From NCBI GenBank assembly GCA_937891565.1, contig CALAHA010000220.1, positions 1 to 37,424 on the forward strand: 37,424 nucleotides of DNA, in the 5' to 3' direction. Numbering within the stretch: position 1 is the first letter of the stretch; each line of letters opens with the position of its first letter. Source of the stretch: an uncultured Ilumatobacter sp. Lineage in GTDB: Bacteria; Actinomycetota; Acidimicrobiia; Acidimicrobiales; Ilumatobacteraceae. This document shows positions 17,682 through 26,681 of this stretch, piece after piece. A program made the position numbers and the translations under genes. A model generated the notes under the pieces. That model was not told the origin of the DNA. It worked only from the letters and a program-made list of their open reading frames with translations, and did no database searches.

Positions 17682-20594
17682 TCAGCCAGCTTCGAGGATG
17701 GCGAGTGCCTCAGCGAGGCGAGCACGGGCTTCTTCGACCTTGGCCTGGTACTCGCCCAGGTCACCAATGGCGAGGGCGTCGTCGGCTTCGCCGAAGAGCG
17801 AGTCGGCCAGCGTCAACAGCTCTGCAGCATCGACGGGCAACCCAGACACATCAATGCCATCGTCTTCGACCGGGGCGGCCGGAACGACATCGCCGGGTTC
17901 GGTTGGCACGCCGAGAACGTCACCGACATCACCTTCGAAGCCGGGGAAGAGCCGTCGGACACCTTCGGTAATCGTGCTCGCCAGCACCGAGTTGTTGCCG
18001 TTCGAGACGATGACGAAGCGGAATTCACTGACAGAGCGGACCGTGCCAGTTTCCTGCGGAACTGCGACGTAGTACGGACGCACCCAAATCAGGCCGTCGC
18101 CGACGGGAACCAATTGGAGGTCACCGAAGCGCACCTGGGTGCCGCCAGCATCCTGGTTGTCGAGTGTGATGCGGTCGGAGATCTCAGACTGTGATTCGGC
18201 GTTGCCAGCCACACGGAGTGGACCGTCAGGAAGGTTGCCGTTGCGTTCCTGCACGACGTACGTCGTCAGCTGTCCGTAGGTATCAGGGTCACTTGAAGCC
18301 GTCATATACGACTGCAACTGGGTACGGGTGTCGCCTGTCGAGAACGGTACGAACGGGCGCAGGATGACGAACTCTTCCTTGCGTTCCTCACCGGGCTGAC
18401 TGGTGTCGAAGACCGTGTAGTACGGGGTGAATCGTTCGGCGTTCGACTCGGTGGCGAACGTGTTGGCGGCTGCAGAAGGAGCCCCAACGACGGTGTCTGA
18501 GATCGTCCGCGTGTTGCTCGCCGGCGTTGCGCTCGGGGCCTGGGCCACCGACCATGCGTTGCCGTCGCGCTGGAAGAACAACTTCGGGTCGAGCCGGTAC
18601 TTCGAGTACACATCGGTCTGGATGCGGAACAGGTCTTCCGGATAACGGAGGTGTTCCCGGATCACCTGAGGCATTTCGTCACCAGAGGTGAACAGGTCAG
18701 GGAAGGCGCTCTGCCACGCCTTGAGGATCGGGTCAACGTCATCGACGACGTAGAAGGTGACGTCGCCGGTGTACGCATCGACAACAACCTTGACGCTGTT
18801 GCGCACGTAGTTGTCGCTGTTGGACAGCCCGGACTGCGGCGAGCGCTGCACGGCACCAATGGACTGGGCATACGGGTAGCGCGACGAGGTCGTGTAGCCG
18901 TCGACCACCCACACTGCTCTACCGTCAACGGCGACCGGGTAGGGGTCAGCATCGTACGACAAGAAGGGTGCGAGCTTGGTGAGGCGGTCGTTGACGTTAC
19001 GCACCCAGAGCATCTGGGAGTCGGACCGGATTGCACCCGAGCCAACGACGTTGTAGTCGAGGAAGGCGAGGGCAAAGGCCGCTCGACGAGCGAACGAGCT
19101 CATTGCCACACCTTGGGTGCCTTCGTACTGGTGGGGCTCGTCGCATTCGCGTTCGCTCGATGCAGAGTTGGCAATGCCGTAGCCACTCATCGTTGGGCTG
19201 AAGTACAGCTCGGGGCGATCGAGTTCGAGCGTTCGGTAATCGGGCCGCTGGTTCGACTGGACCTTGCTGGTCGGCGCTGCCACAAGGCCACACCCGCGGG
19301 TGTTGATCAGGTGGATGCCCTGCCAACTGCGGTTGGTGACACCACCGAGATCCAGCTCGCGGGCTGCCACGAGGACCTCTTCGACTTCGCCGTCGAATTC
19401 GTAGCGGTCAACGTCGAGGTCTTCAATGCTCAAGCCAGCGACTTGGCCTTCGTCGACGAGGAAACGGGTTTCCATTTCGGCCGGGTTGAGGAGGCGCACG
19501 TTGGTGAGCGGATCGATGTCGGCCTCGACCTCGGCAGCGGTGAGCGTGCCGAACTGCACTTCGCGGATGCCGACGTCGGTCAGGCCCAATGCCTCGCGGG
19601 TCGCATCGACGTTGCGCTCGATGAACGGGGCTTCACGGGTTTCCTGGTTCGGATTGACGACGAGCGACTGGACGATGGCCGGATAGATCACGCCGCCAAC
19701 GATGGAAACGACCAGCCACAGCGCCGAGGCGAGCAGCGGTAGACGCCATGAATTGGTCTTTATGACCGACAGGTAGAGGACAGCGGTCAGGACGGCAATC
19801 AGGATCAGCAGCATGATTGCGGGGATTTGCGCATTGACAACCGAGTAGGTGGCGCCATCGACGATGCCCCGGGTGCTGTTGGTCAGTTCGTAGCGATCCA
19901 GCCAGTAATCGCCGGCCTTGAGCACGGCCAGGATGGCCAGAAGGACCGCTAAGTGAGCCTTCGTTGCGTCGCGAATCACCGGGGCCGGCGAGACAAACAC
20001 GACGCCACCATTAAGGATGTGGGCGGCTGCGGTGAAGAGGAGGACGAGGATGACGGCGACGAACATCCAGTCGAGCAGGAACGTCAAGAACGGCAGCTGG
20101 AAGACGTAGAAACCGACGTCGGCGCCGAACTGCGGGTCGGGCGTGCCAAACGATTGGGAGTTTCGGAAAAGCAGCCAAAGCTGCCACTGGGCCACCGCTG
20201 GTAGCGCAATTAAGACGGCGAGGATGAGGGCCGAAACGTAACGAACGAGGCGGAGTCGTTTGCCGAACACCTCGTGGAATCGTTCGACGTACGGGTGCAC
20301 ATTGGCCGGGAACGACGAGGGCGCAGTCCGATCTGCGATGTAGAGGTTGACGCAGGCCAGCACCGCAAAGAACAGAAAGAAGACCGCAAAGAGCGTGAAC
20401 TTTGCGCCGAGGACACCCCAGAAAACGTCACCTCGATTGAGGGCGCCGTGCCACAGGTAGTCAACGTAGAAGCGAGCGATCGCACGCCCAAAGATCAGGA
20501 CGAACATAAACAGTCCGCCGAGTCCAATCAGGATGCCACGGCCGGTAAACCGGCGTCGTGAGCGATCGACCGGGAGGTCTTGTGAGCGCCGCAT
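17682..20594 (-). CDS. UPF0182 family integral membrane protein
   Basis: DPQFGADVGFYVFQLPF, VNPNQETREAPFIERN, DADPYP, NYVRNSVKVVVDAYTG, HLRYPEDLF. Start ATG 20594 with TAATCT 8 nt upstream. Confidence 0.95.
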   Translation of the reverse strand: MRRSQDLPVDRSRRRFTGRGILIGLGGLFMFVLIFGRAIARFYVDYLWHGALNRGDVFWGVLGAKFTLFAVFFLFFAVLACVNLYIADRTAPSSFPANVHPYVERFHEVFGKRLRLVRYVSALILAVLIALPAVAQWQLWLLFRNSQSFGTPDPQFGADVGFYVFQLPFLTFLLDWMFVAVILVLLFTAAAHILNGGVVFVSPAPVIRDATKAHLAVLLAILAVLKAGDYWLDRYELTNSTRGIVDGATYSVVNAQIPAIMLLILIAVLTAVLYLSVIKTNSWRLPLLASALWLVVSIVGGVIYPAIVQSLVVNPNQETREAPFIERNVDATREALGLTDVGIREVQFGTLTAAEVEADIDPLTNVRLLNPAEMETRFLVDEGQVAGLSIEDLDVDRYEFDGEVEEVLVAARELDLGGVTNRSWQGIHLINTRGCGLVAAPTSKVQSNQRPDYRTLELDRPELYFSPTMSGYGIANSASSERECDEPHQYEGTQGVAMSSFARRAAFALAFLDYNVVGSGAIRSDSQMLWVRNVNDRLTKLAPFLSYDADPYPVAVDGRAVWVVDGYTTSSRYPYAQSIGAVQRSPQSGLSNSDNYVRNSVKVVVDAYTGDVTFYVVDDVDPILKAWQSAFPDLFTSGDEMPQVIREHLRYPEDLFRIQTDVYSKYRLDPKLFFQRDGNAWSVAQAPSATPASNTRTISDTVVGAPSAAANTFATESNAERFTPYYTVFDTSQPGEERKEEFVILRPFVPFSTGDTRTQLQSYMTASSDPDTYGQLTTYVVQERNGNLPDGPLRVAGNAESQSEISDRITLDNQDAGGTQVRFGDLQLVPVGDGLIWVRPYYVAVPQETGTVRSVSEFRFVIVSNGNNSVLASTITEGVRRLFPGFEGDVGDVLGVPTEPGDVVPAAPVEDDGIDVSGLPVDAAELLTLADSLFGEADDALAIGDLGEYQAKVEEARARLAEALAILEAG

Positions 20595-20605
20595 TGGCGC
20601 CAAGA

Positions 20606-22285
20606 TTATCGGCCGGCAGCCGCCAACAGGCAGCGGCACCCTTGATGAGCGGGGGCAAACACGTCACCGGTCGGGAATCCGTCGCCTGCCGTGATGGCCC
20701 CGGCGAGCACATTGTCTTCGCAATCGGGGCACGCCGCGAAGCGCGGATCGGCTTCCCAAACTATGGGCGTGTCAGGCGCAAAACCAGCGAGTACGCCACG
20801 TCCGTGGGCCCGACGCAGCACGTCGTCAAGGCTCTCATCGATGTGTTGGGTCTTCCATTCGCGGTACACGGAACGGACCTTTTTGGTGACGACCGCGTTG
20901 TCGCCGGCGCCTTCTTCGATGCATCGGGCGAGGCGATCGCGCAACGGCACGACCAGCCACTGCTCGACAGCGCCGTTGGCCACGCTGACTGATTCGGTCA
21001 CGAGACCCTTGCGCAGCTGGGTTGCGCCAGTTTTCGATGTGGCGCCACCGAGCCGGACGGCGGCCTCGAGGTCGTCGGCGATGGCAGCGGTGTAGCGAGC
21101 GACGTGTTCGCTCAATGTTGGAATCATCTCGTCGAGTTCGTGCACCGGCTCGCCGCGACGGAGCGCATCAAGGACGTCGTTCTGCTCGTCGGCCAGCGCT
21201 CGCTTCAACTTCTTTGCACTCGACACGATCAGGGGCGTGACAACCTCGTCACGTTCGGCGAAACCAATCGCTGCTGCCTCGATTTCCGACTCGACAGCAA
21301 CTTCAGCAACTTCAGCAACTTCAGCAACTTCAGCAACTTCAGCAACTTCAATTATTTCAATGTTCTCCTCGTCCGCTGCAGAATCGGTTTTTGCCGGCAC
21401 GTCGGCCCGGATGCGAGCGAACAAATCGATAACGACATCACGGTCATCGTCGTCGTCCACTTCGTCATCCGCTTCGTCATCATGTCCGCTGTCAGCTTCG
21501 GGCTCGGGCTCAGCGACCGGCGCCTCGGTAATCCCGATGTCGTCAATAGCAACGACGGGGACAGCAGCTGTCGCTTCGGGGCGAGCCGAGTTCGCGATCA
21601 TCACGGGGAGCGGCCCGGTGGTCGGTGTGAGGTTCACGTATTCCTCAGGCTCACCGAGCGGTTCCATCTCAGCAATGACGTCGACAGCCACAAGGCGAGC
21701 CCGCTCAAAGGTCTGCATCAGACGTTCACGACCATGGATCAGTTGTTCGATCTGTTCACGTGCTAGTTCGCGACGGCGTGCCAGCTCACTCAGCACGCGC
21801 TCGCGGTAGGCGCGGGCTTCGTTGACCATCTCGCGACCCTGGTGCTTGGCCATCGACAGTTCGGCTTCAGCATCGGCCGTCGCGTCGCCACGTCGACGTG
21901 ATGCCTCAATCTCGGCTTCCTCGCGCACGCGATTGGCTTCGTCACCGGCCTCACTCAGCATCTGTGCTGCTGACTGCTCGGCTTTCTGGCGGATCTCGCT
22001 GGCGCTCTCGCGGGCGGTGATGAGGACGCGCATGGCTTCTTCACCGAGCAGCCGGGTCATCGCCTCGTCGTCAACCTGAGCAGCAACACCCGAGTCGAAC
22101 TGAGCCGCCTGGAGTTCATGTTCGAGAAAGCGCTCGCGCTCACGCATTCGGCCCAGCTCGGCTGCGACCATTCTCAGAAAGTCTTTAACCTCAGCCTGAT
22201 CGAACCCGCGGCGGGATATGCCAAACGACGCGTCGGCGATGGACGTCGGCGATGATGGGTCGGGGCGCGAAGTCGACATAGCCAT
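20606..22285 (-). CDS. DivIVA-domain coiled-coil protein with a C-terminal phage MuF/minor-head-like Cys/His domain
   Basis: N-term SIADASFGISRRGFDQAEVKDFL (DivIVA signature), long coiled coil, acidic linker, and C-term W...CPDC...FPTG...PAHQGCRC. Confidence 0.85.
   Translation of the reverse strand: MAMSTSRPDPSSPTSIADASFGISRRGFDQAEVKDFLRMVAAELGRMRERERFLEHELQAAQFDSGVAAQVDDEAMTRLLGEEAMRVLITARESASEIRQKAEQSAAQMLSEAGDEANRVREEAEIEASRRRGDATADAEAELSMAKHQGREMVNEARAYRERVLSELARRRELAREQIEQLIHGRERLMQTFERARLVAVDVIAEMEPLGEPEEYVNLTPTTGPLPVMIANSARPEATAAVPVVAIDDIGITEAPVAEPEPEADSGHDDEADDEVDDDDDRDVVIDLFARIRADVPAKTDSAADEENIEIIEVAEVAEVAEVAEVAEVAVESEIEAAAIGFAERDEVVTPLIVSSAKKLKRALADEQNDVLDALRRGEPVHELDEMIPTLSEHVARYTAAIADDLEAAVRLGGATSKTGATQLRKGLVTESVSVANGAVEQWLVVPLRDRLARCIEEGAGDNAVVTKKVRSVYREWKTQHIDESLDDVLRRAHGRGVLAGFAPDTPIVWEADPRFAACPDCEDNVLAGAITAGDGFPTGDVFAPAHQGCRCLLAAAGR
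21295..21350. repeat. 9-bp coding tandem repeat CAGCAACTT x6, encoding (EVA)6
   Basis: Six perfect units in the linker of the DivIVA fusion protein. Confidence 0.97.
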
Positions 22286-22325
22286 ACGCCGAAGCTACGC
22301 GTCTCAACAACCGTGATGGTGGCAA

Positions 22326-23597
22326 TCAGCTCAGAGTGATGTTGACGGGGACGAGCGGGTCCCCACCCAAGTCTTCCAGCGCCTGAAGCGCCTCGTCGAG
22401 CGTGGCCACCGGAATGATCTCGACATCACCATGGCCTGCGTCGTTGAGCTTCTTACGGAGCTCATCTTCGCCTTCGGCTAATTCACGCTGCGAAGCCGGC
22501 ACCAAGAACACGTCAACATGGTGTTGGTGGACCGCGCTGACCTTCTGCGACAAGCCACCAATTGGCCCGACAGAGCCGTCGAGCGAGATCGTGCCAGTCA
22601 CGGCGATGTTCCGCCCACCGGTCAACTCGCCATCGGTCAGCTCGTCGATCAGAGCGAGCGTGAACGCCAGACCAGCAGACGGGCCACCGATCCGGCCGGT
22701 GTCGATATCGACCTGGAACGGCAACGTGACGACTCGAGTGTCGAACGGACGGAATCCGACGATCGTGCGGGTGGGATCGTCTGGGGACGCAGCCAGTTCG
22801 ACCGTCACGTCGAGGATCCCCACGTCGGGGCGTCGGATCTTGAGGTCGATCGTGTCGCCCGGCAACTTGCCGTCGAGCACGGCGGAGAGGTCTTCAACCG
22901 AGTTCAGCTCCTTGCCTTCAGCTTCGAGAATCGTGTCGGACGGATCAATAGCAAGGTCCGACGGGAAGAACTCGGCGCATAAGCCGTCGTCACCGATCTC
23001 ACGGCAGAGGACTTCTTCAACGACGACTTCGCCGAGGCTGATCTCGGGTTCGTAGCCAGCGGCGGTGAGGGCGACGAACTGGGCCTCCTGGGATGCCGAC
23101 CGCATTTGTTGCAACGCTGCTTCACGCCGCTGCGACGCTGTCCGAACACCGAACTTGTCTTCAGTGGTGAGGAGGTCGATCGCAGGGTCACTCCGGCCAG
23201 CAAACCACGACAGCAGCGACTGTTCGGGGGCGCTGACCGTCACGAAGAAGAAGTCTCCATTGGTCTCGAACCGTTTGACTTCGTCAGGAAGATCACCAAA
23301 CACCACACGCTCGTTCACCGACTCGGCCGAGGCCGGGGTCTGCGCAAACGGCGCCGGCTGCATCTCCATCAGGCGACGGTTCTCTTTCTCAGCGACAAGG
23401 GTTGCTGGGACCAACGACGCAGCAACAATTCCTGCCAGCGCAACCAAGCCGACGCCGCCGAGCAGCCATCCGAGGCGTCCGAGCCACTTTCCGCCCGGCA
23501 ACTCAACATCCAAACCGTTGGCCATCGGCGTGCCCGGTGAGGCCAACGCAGTGTTGAGTACAGTGTTGTTTGTTGTGTCGGTCACAGATCTCACCAC
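22326..23597 (-). CDS. Membrane-anchored PDZ + Lon (S16) protease domain protein (YlbL-like)
   Basis: N-terminal TM, PDZ-like region, catalytic GGPSAGL (Ser) and IGGLSQK (Lys), IAVTGTI. The true start may be 23582 or 23525. Confidence 0.9.
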   Translation of the reverse strand: MVRSVTDTTNNTVLNTALASPGTPMANGLDVELPGGKWLGRLGWLLGGVGLVALAGIVAASLVPATLVAEKENRRLMEMQPAPFAQTPASAESVNERVVFGDLPDEVKRFETNGDFFFVTVSAPEQSLLSWFAGRSDPAIDLLTTEDKFGVRTASQRREAALQQMRSASQEAQFVALTAAGYEPEISLGEVVVEEVLCREIGDDGLCAEFFPSDLAIDPSDTILEAEGKELNSVEDLSAVLDGKLPGDTIDLKIRRPDVGILDVTVELAASPDDPTRTIVGFRPFDTRVVTLPFQVDIDTGRIGGPSAGLAFTLALIDELTDGELTGGRNIAVTGTISLDGSVGPIGGLSQKVSAVHQHHVDVFLVPASQRELAEGEDELRKKLNDAGHGDVEIIPVATLDEALQALEDLGGDPLVPVNITLS

Positions 23598-23898
23598 TCA
23601 GGCCGGTTGGATGGTCGGGCTCGCCATAGTGGCGCTGCTGGGGACCGGCTGGAGAAAGACTGCCAGAGCCACGGCCCGAACACCACGCACGGCGCCAGTT
23701 GTTCGCAGGAAATGGGTGCCGATCGGCATCGCTGAGACCGTCGTTCCCCTTTACAGGCGTCCAAATGTGCTTCGCCGCGTGTGGGCCGTGGTCGCAAGCT
23801 CGGCTCTCGCTGTTGTCATGGGCGCCGTCCTGGCCATCGTCATTGCGTTCGCACTGGCATACGCCGTCATCACCCTGACTGATCTGTTGAAGCAATGA
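23575..23898 (+). CDS. Small membrane protein of unknown function
   Basis: 3' part of ORF 23065..23898, with two hydrophobic segments and a basic middle. ATGA-coupled to the HEAT gene. Start uncertain (GTG 23563/23575 or ATG 23611). Confidence 0.6.
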   Translation: MSVTDLTTQAGWMVGLAIVALLGTGWRKTARATARTPRTAPVVRRKWVPIGIAETVVPLYRRPNVLRRVWAVVASSALAVVMGAVLAIVIAFALAYAVITLTDLLKQ

Positions 23899-24494
23899 CC
23901 GGACCGACCCGCAAAGACGTCGCTGTCGCTGGCCATCAGGGCGACATCGGCACCGCCACGGCCGGGCTCGCCAGTGACGACGGCAACATCCGCGCAACAG
24001 CATTGGGTGCCCTCGAGCGGCTCGGCGAACTGGCCGACGAAAAGTTGACCGAAGCGTTCAGCGACAACGACCCTCGCGTTCGCCGACGAGCCGCCGAGCT
24101 GGCAGCGACGCATCCGTCGGTCGACGTCGTCCCGCTGCTCGCCGATCCCGACGTGAACGTGGTTGAGATGGCGGCGTGGACTACGGGGGAACACGAATCG
24201 AATCGACCTGCAGTACTCGATCGCCTATTGGAACTTGCCCAGAACGCTGAGGAGCCGCTCGTCCGTGAGGCCTCCGTGGCCGCGCTCGGGGCAATCGGTG
24301 ATCCGGCCGCCGTCGACGTCATCATCGCGGCGTGTAGTGACAAGCCCGCAGTGCGCCGCCGCGCCGTCCTCGCCCTGGCCCCCTTCGAGGGCCCAGCAGT
24401 CGAAGCCGCCATCGAGCAGGCATTAGTTGACCGCGACTGGCAAGTCAGACAAGCCGCCGAAGACCTACGAAGAGCCCAAGCTCGACCCAACTAA
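23895..24494 (+). CDS. HEAT repeat (PBS-lyase-like) protein
   Basis: Repeated D.dpxVRxxAxxaLg units (DNDPRVRRRAAELA, EEPLVREASVAALG, DRDWQVRQAA). Confidence 0.9.
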   Translation: MTGPTRKDVAVAGHQGDIGTATAGLASDDGNIRATALGALERLGELADEKLTEAFSDNDPRVRRRAAELAATHPSVDVVPLLADPDVNVVEMAAWTTGEHESNRPAVLDRLLELAQNAEEPLVREASVAALGAIGDPAAVDVIIAACSDKPAVRRRAVLALAPFEGPAVEAAIEQALVDRDWQVRQAAEDLRRAQARPN

Positions 24495-24540
24495 AGCGTG
24501 CGTGAGGGCTGCCGCAGGGATCGGGCGATCTGGACCGACT

Positions 24541-25032
24541 TCAGAATTTGAAGCGGTAGAGGTTTGTGTTGCGGGCTTCGAAGCCGATGCGCTGGTAGAG
24601 ACGGTTGGCGGCTTCGCGTGACGGCCGGCTGGTGAGACTGACGTCTTTCGCTCCGCGCGCTTTTGCCTCGGCGAGTGCTGCTTCGCTCAGCTTGCGGCCG
24701 ACTCCGTGACCGCGTGCAGCGTCGTCGACGACGACATCTTCGATCCACGACTTCAGACCGGTCGGGATGCGGTAAAAGGCAAGCGTCAGGCTGCCAACGA
24801 TCGTTCCGTCGACACGGGCAATGAACAACACCGTGTCGTCGCCGTTCACGACCAGCCCCAATTGATCGGCGTCTGGCGCAGGCGATGACGACGAGAGCTG
24901 CGGAACCAGACGGGCGAATGCTGCAATCAACTGGTCGTCGACAACCGTGGCCGTCTCAATTGTTACCGAAGTATCGGCAGCAGCTGCTGCAGTATCGGCA
25001 TCGTCTGCTGAGGAGTCGTTGAAGTCGCTCAC
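24541..25032 (-). CDS. GNAT family N-acetyltransferase
   Basis: IEDVVVDDAARGHGVG, LTSRPSREAANRLYQRIGF. Start taken as GTG 25032 to avoid overlapping PAC2. Confidence 0.9.
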   Translation of the reverse strand: MSDFNDSSADDADTAAAAADTSVTIETATVVDDQLIAAFARLVPQLSSSSPAPDADQLGLVVNGDDTVLFIARVDGTIVGSLTLAFYRIPTGLKSWIEDVVVDDAARGHGVGRKLSEAALAEAKARGAKDVSLTSRPSREAANRLYQRIGFEARNTNLYRFKF

Positions 25033-25058
25033 GGTGAAGGGACGGTAGCGTGCAATCC

Positions 25059-25910
25059 GTGGGGTCCGAGCACGTTCGCTGGCAGAAACAACCGTCATTG
25101 ACGCGGCCTGTACTGATCGCTGGGTTTACTGGTTGGAATGACGCCGGTGATGCCGCGTCAACCGCCTTACGAACGATGATCGAAGCGTGGGGCGCCGATG
25201 CAATCGCCGAGATCGACCCTGAGCCGTTCACCGACTTCGCCACGGTGCGCCCGCAGATCAAACTCGACAACGACAACCATCGCAGCATCGTGTGGCCGAC
25301 TGTCGGCGTCTGGTCGGTCTCGTTACCAGGCACCGACGTGATCTTGGTGCTCGGCCCCGAACCCGCCCTGCGGTGGCGCACGTTCTCGGAACAGATTCTC
25401 AGCCTCTGCGAAACTTTCGGCGTCACTATGGCGATCTCGTTGGGCGCTTTGCTGGCCGACGTCCCGCACTCGCGGCCGGTACCCCTCATCGGAACCGCCA
25501 CCGACGAAAGTCTCATCGAACGATTCGAGCTCCAACGATCCGAGTACGAAGGGCCGACCGGAATTGTCGGTGTTCTCCACGATCAGTTGCACCGTGCCGG
25601 CCTCGCCACTGCATCACTCTGGGCAGCAATTCCCGGTTACGCATCCCAGGTGCCGTCGCCAAAGGCTGCGTCGGCGTTGGTCGAGCGCGCCTGCACCATG
25701 ATTGGCACTCCCGCACCGCTGCAGTTGCTCGCGGCTAGCGCCGCTGAATACAACGCCCGCGTTGCTGCCTTGATAGGCGATGACGACGACATGGTCGAGT
25801 ACCTATCGCGCCTCGAAGAGATCGCCGACGACGAACTTGCCACGACCGAACCGGTCGATCCTGAAGGTTTGGTCGACGAAGTCGAACAGTTCCTTCGCGA
25901 TCAAGACTGA
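25059..25910 (+). CDS. PAC2 family (proteasome assembly chaperone-like) protein
   Basis: GWNDAGDAAS, EPALRW, LGALLADVPHSRP, YEGPTGIVGVL, EVEQFLR. GTG 25059 is preceded by TAGCGT at 7 nt. Confidence 0.92.
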   Translation: MGSEHVRWQKQPSLTRPVLIAGFTGWNDAGDAASTALRTMIEAWGADAIAEIDPEPFTDFATVRPQIKLDNDNHRSIVWPTVGVWSVSLPGTDVILVLGPEPALRWRTFSEQILSLCETFGVTMAISLGALLADVPHSRPVPLIGTATDESLIERFELQRSEYEGPTGIVGVLHDQLHRAGLATASLWAAIPGYASQVPSPKAASALVERACTMIGTPAPLQLLAASAAEYNARVAALIGDDDDMVEYLSRLEEIADDELATTEPVDPEGLVDEVEQFLRDQD

Positions 25911-25911
25911 G

Positions 25912-26622
25912 TCAGGTGCGCCAGATGGGGTCGCGAACGTCGTCGAACGTTGCCGGGGCTTGTACCCCGTTGATGGCGTCGAACGCCATATCGCCCCACC
26001 AGCCAACGCCAGCCGTGGCCTCTGGGAACTGCCCTTGGGCGAACCAGCCGACGTCGCCGGTCTCGAGCGGGTGCGGATTGAGCGACCCTCCCGTGGCACG
26101 GCAGTGGAACAACAGCATGTACATGCCGAATCGGCTGAAACCCATGCGTTGGCCGTCGACCACGCCGAGCAGGCGGGTGGGCTCGCACTCGATGCCGGTC
26201 TCTTCGTGGACTTCTTTGACGGCGACCTCAGCGGGCGAGTAGCCAACATCGGCCCAACCCGTGGGATATAGCCAGACGCCAGAGTCTTTGCGCTGAACCA
26301 GCAGCATCTCGCCGTTGTCGTTGCCGACGATGACACCGACTGCGACCTTCGGGGTGACGTAACCGGGCACGCCTTCGCCGATCGACTCGACCCATTCGCC
26401 CACGAACTCGTCGCGGGCGGTGTCTGACCTGGAAACGCCTGCAGCCGCAGCCTTGATGTCGCCAGCAACGTGCAACACCTCTTCAAAGCGTTCACGTTCG
26501 TACAGGCTTTCGGTGAAGCCCATCCCGGTCCGGGCAATGCCAGCGAGCGTTTCGCTCCAGCGCGCCAGGTCTACTGCCATGTCAGGGCTCACCGCGTCAC
26601 CTTCGGACTTGTCGCTGCTCAC
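25912..26622 (-). CDS. NUDIX hydrolase with N-terminal Nudix_N domain
   Basis: LAGIARTG...YERERF, GYVTPKV, Nudix box GWADVGYSPAEVAVKEVHEETG. Start GTG 26622 (TAGCGT 7 nt upstream) or 26631. Confidence 0.9.
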   Translation of the reverse strand: MSSDKSEGDAVSPDMAVDLARWSETLAGIARTGMGFTESLYERERFEEVLHVAGDIKAAAAGVSRSDTARDEFVGEWVESIGEGVPGYVTPKVAVGVIVGNDNGEMLLVQRKDSGVWLYPTGWADVGYSPAEVAVKEVHEETGIECEPTRLLGVVDGQRMGFSRFGMYMLLFHCRATGGSLNPHPLETGDVGWFAQGQFPEATAGVGWWGDMAFDAINGVQAPATFDDVRDPIWRT

Positions 26623-26681
26623 CTGGTGCACGCTACGTCATCGGAACGGGTACAGCAGGTTCGTGCCATCCAGGTCGAAAC

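Noticed and set aside
20606-21260. MuF-like domain as evidence of a prophage remnant
   Set aside because: It is in frame with DivIVA, flanked by intact housekeeping genes, and no portal, terminase or capsid genes are present.
24970-25000. AGTATCGGCA direct repeat flanking the palindrome GCAGCAGCTGCTGC
   Set aside because: Explained by the low-complexity ADTAAAAADT N-terminal coding sequence of the GNAT.
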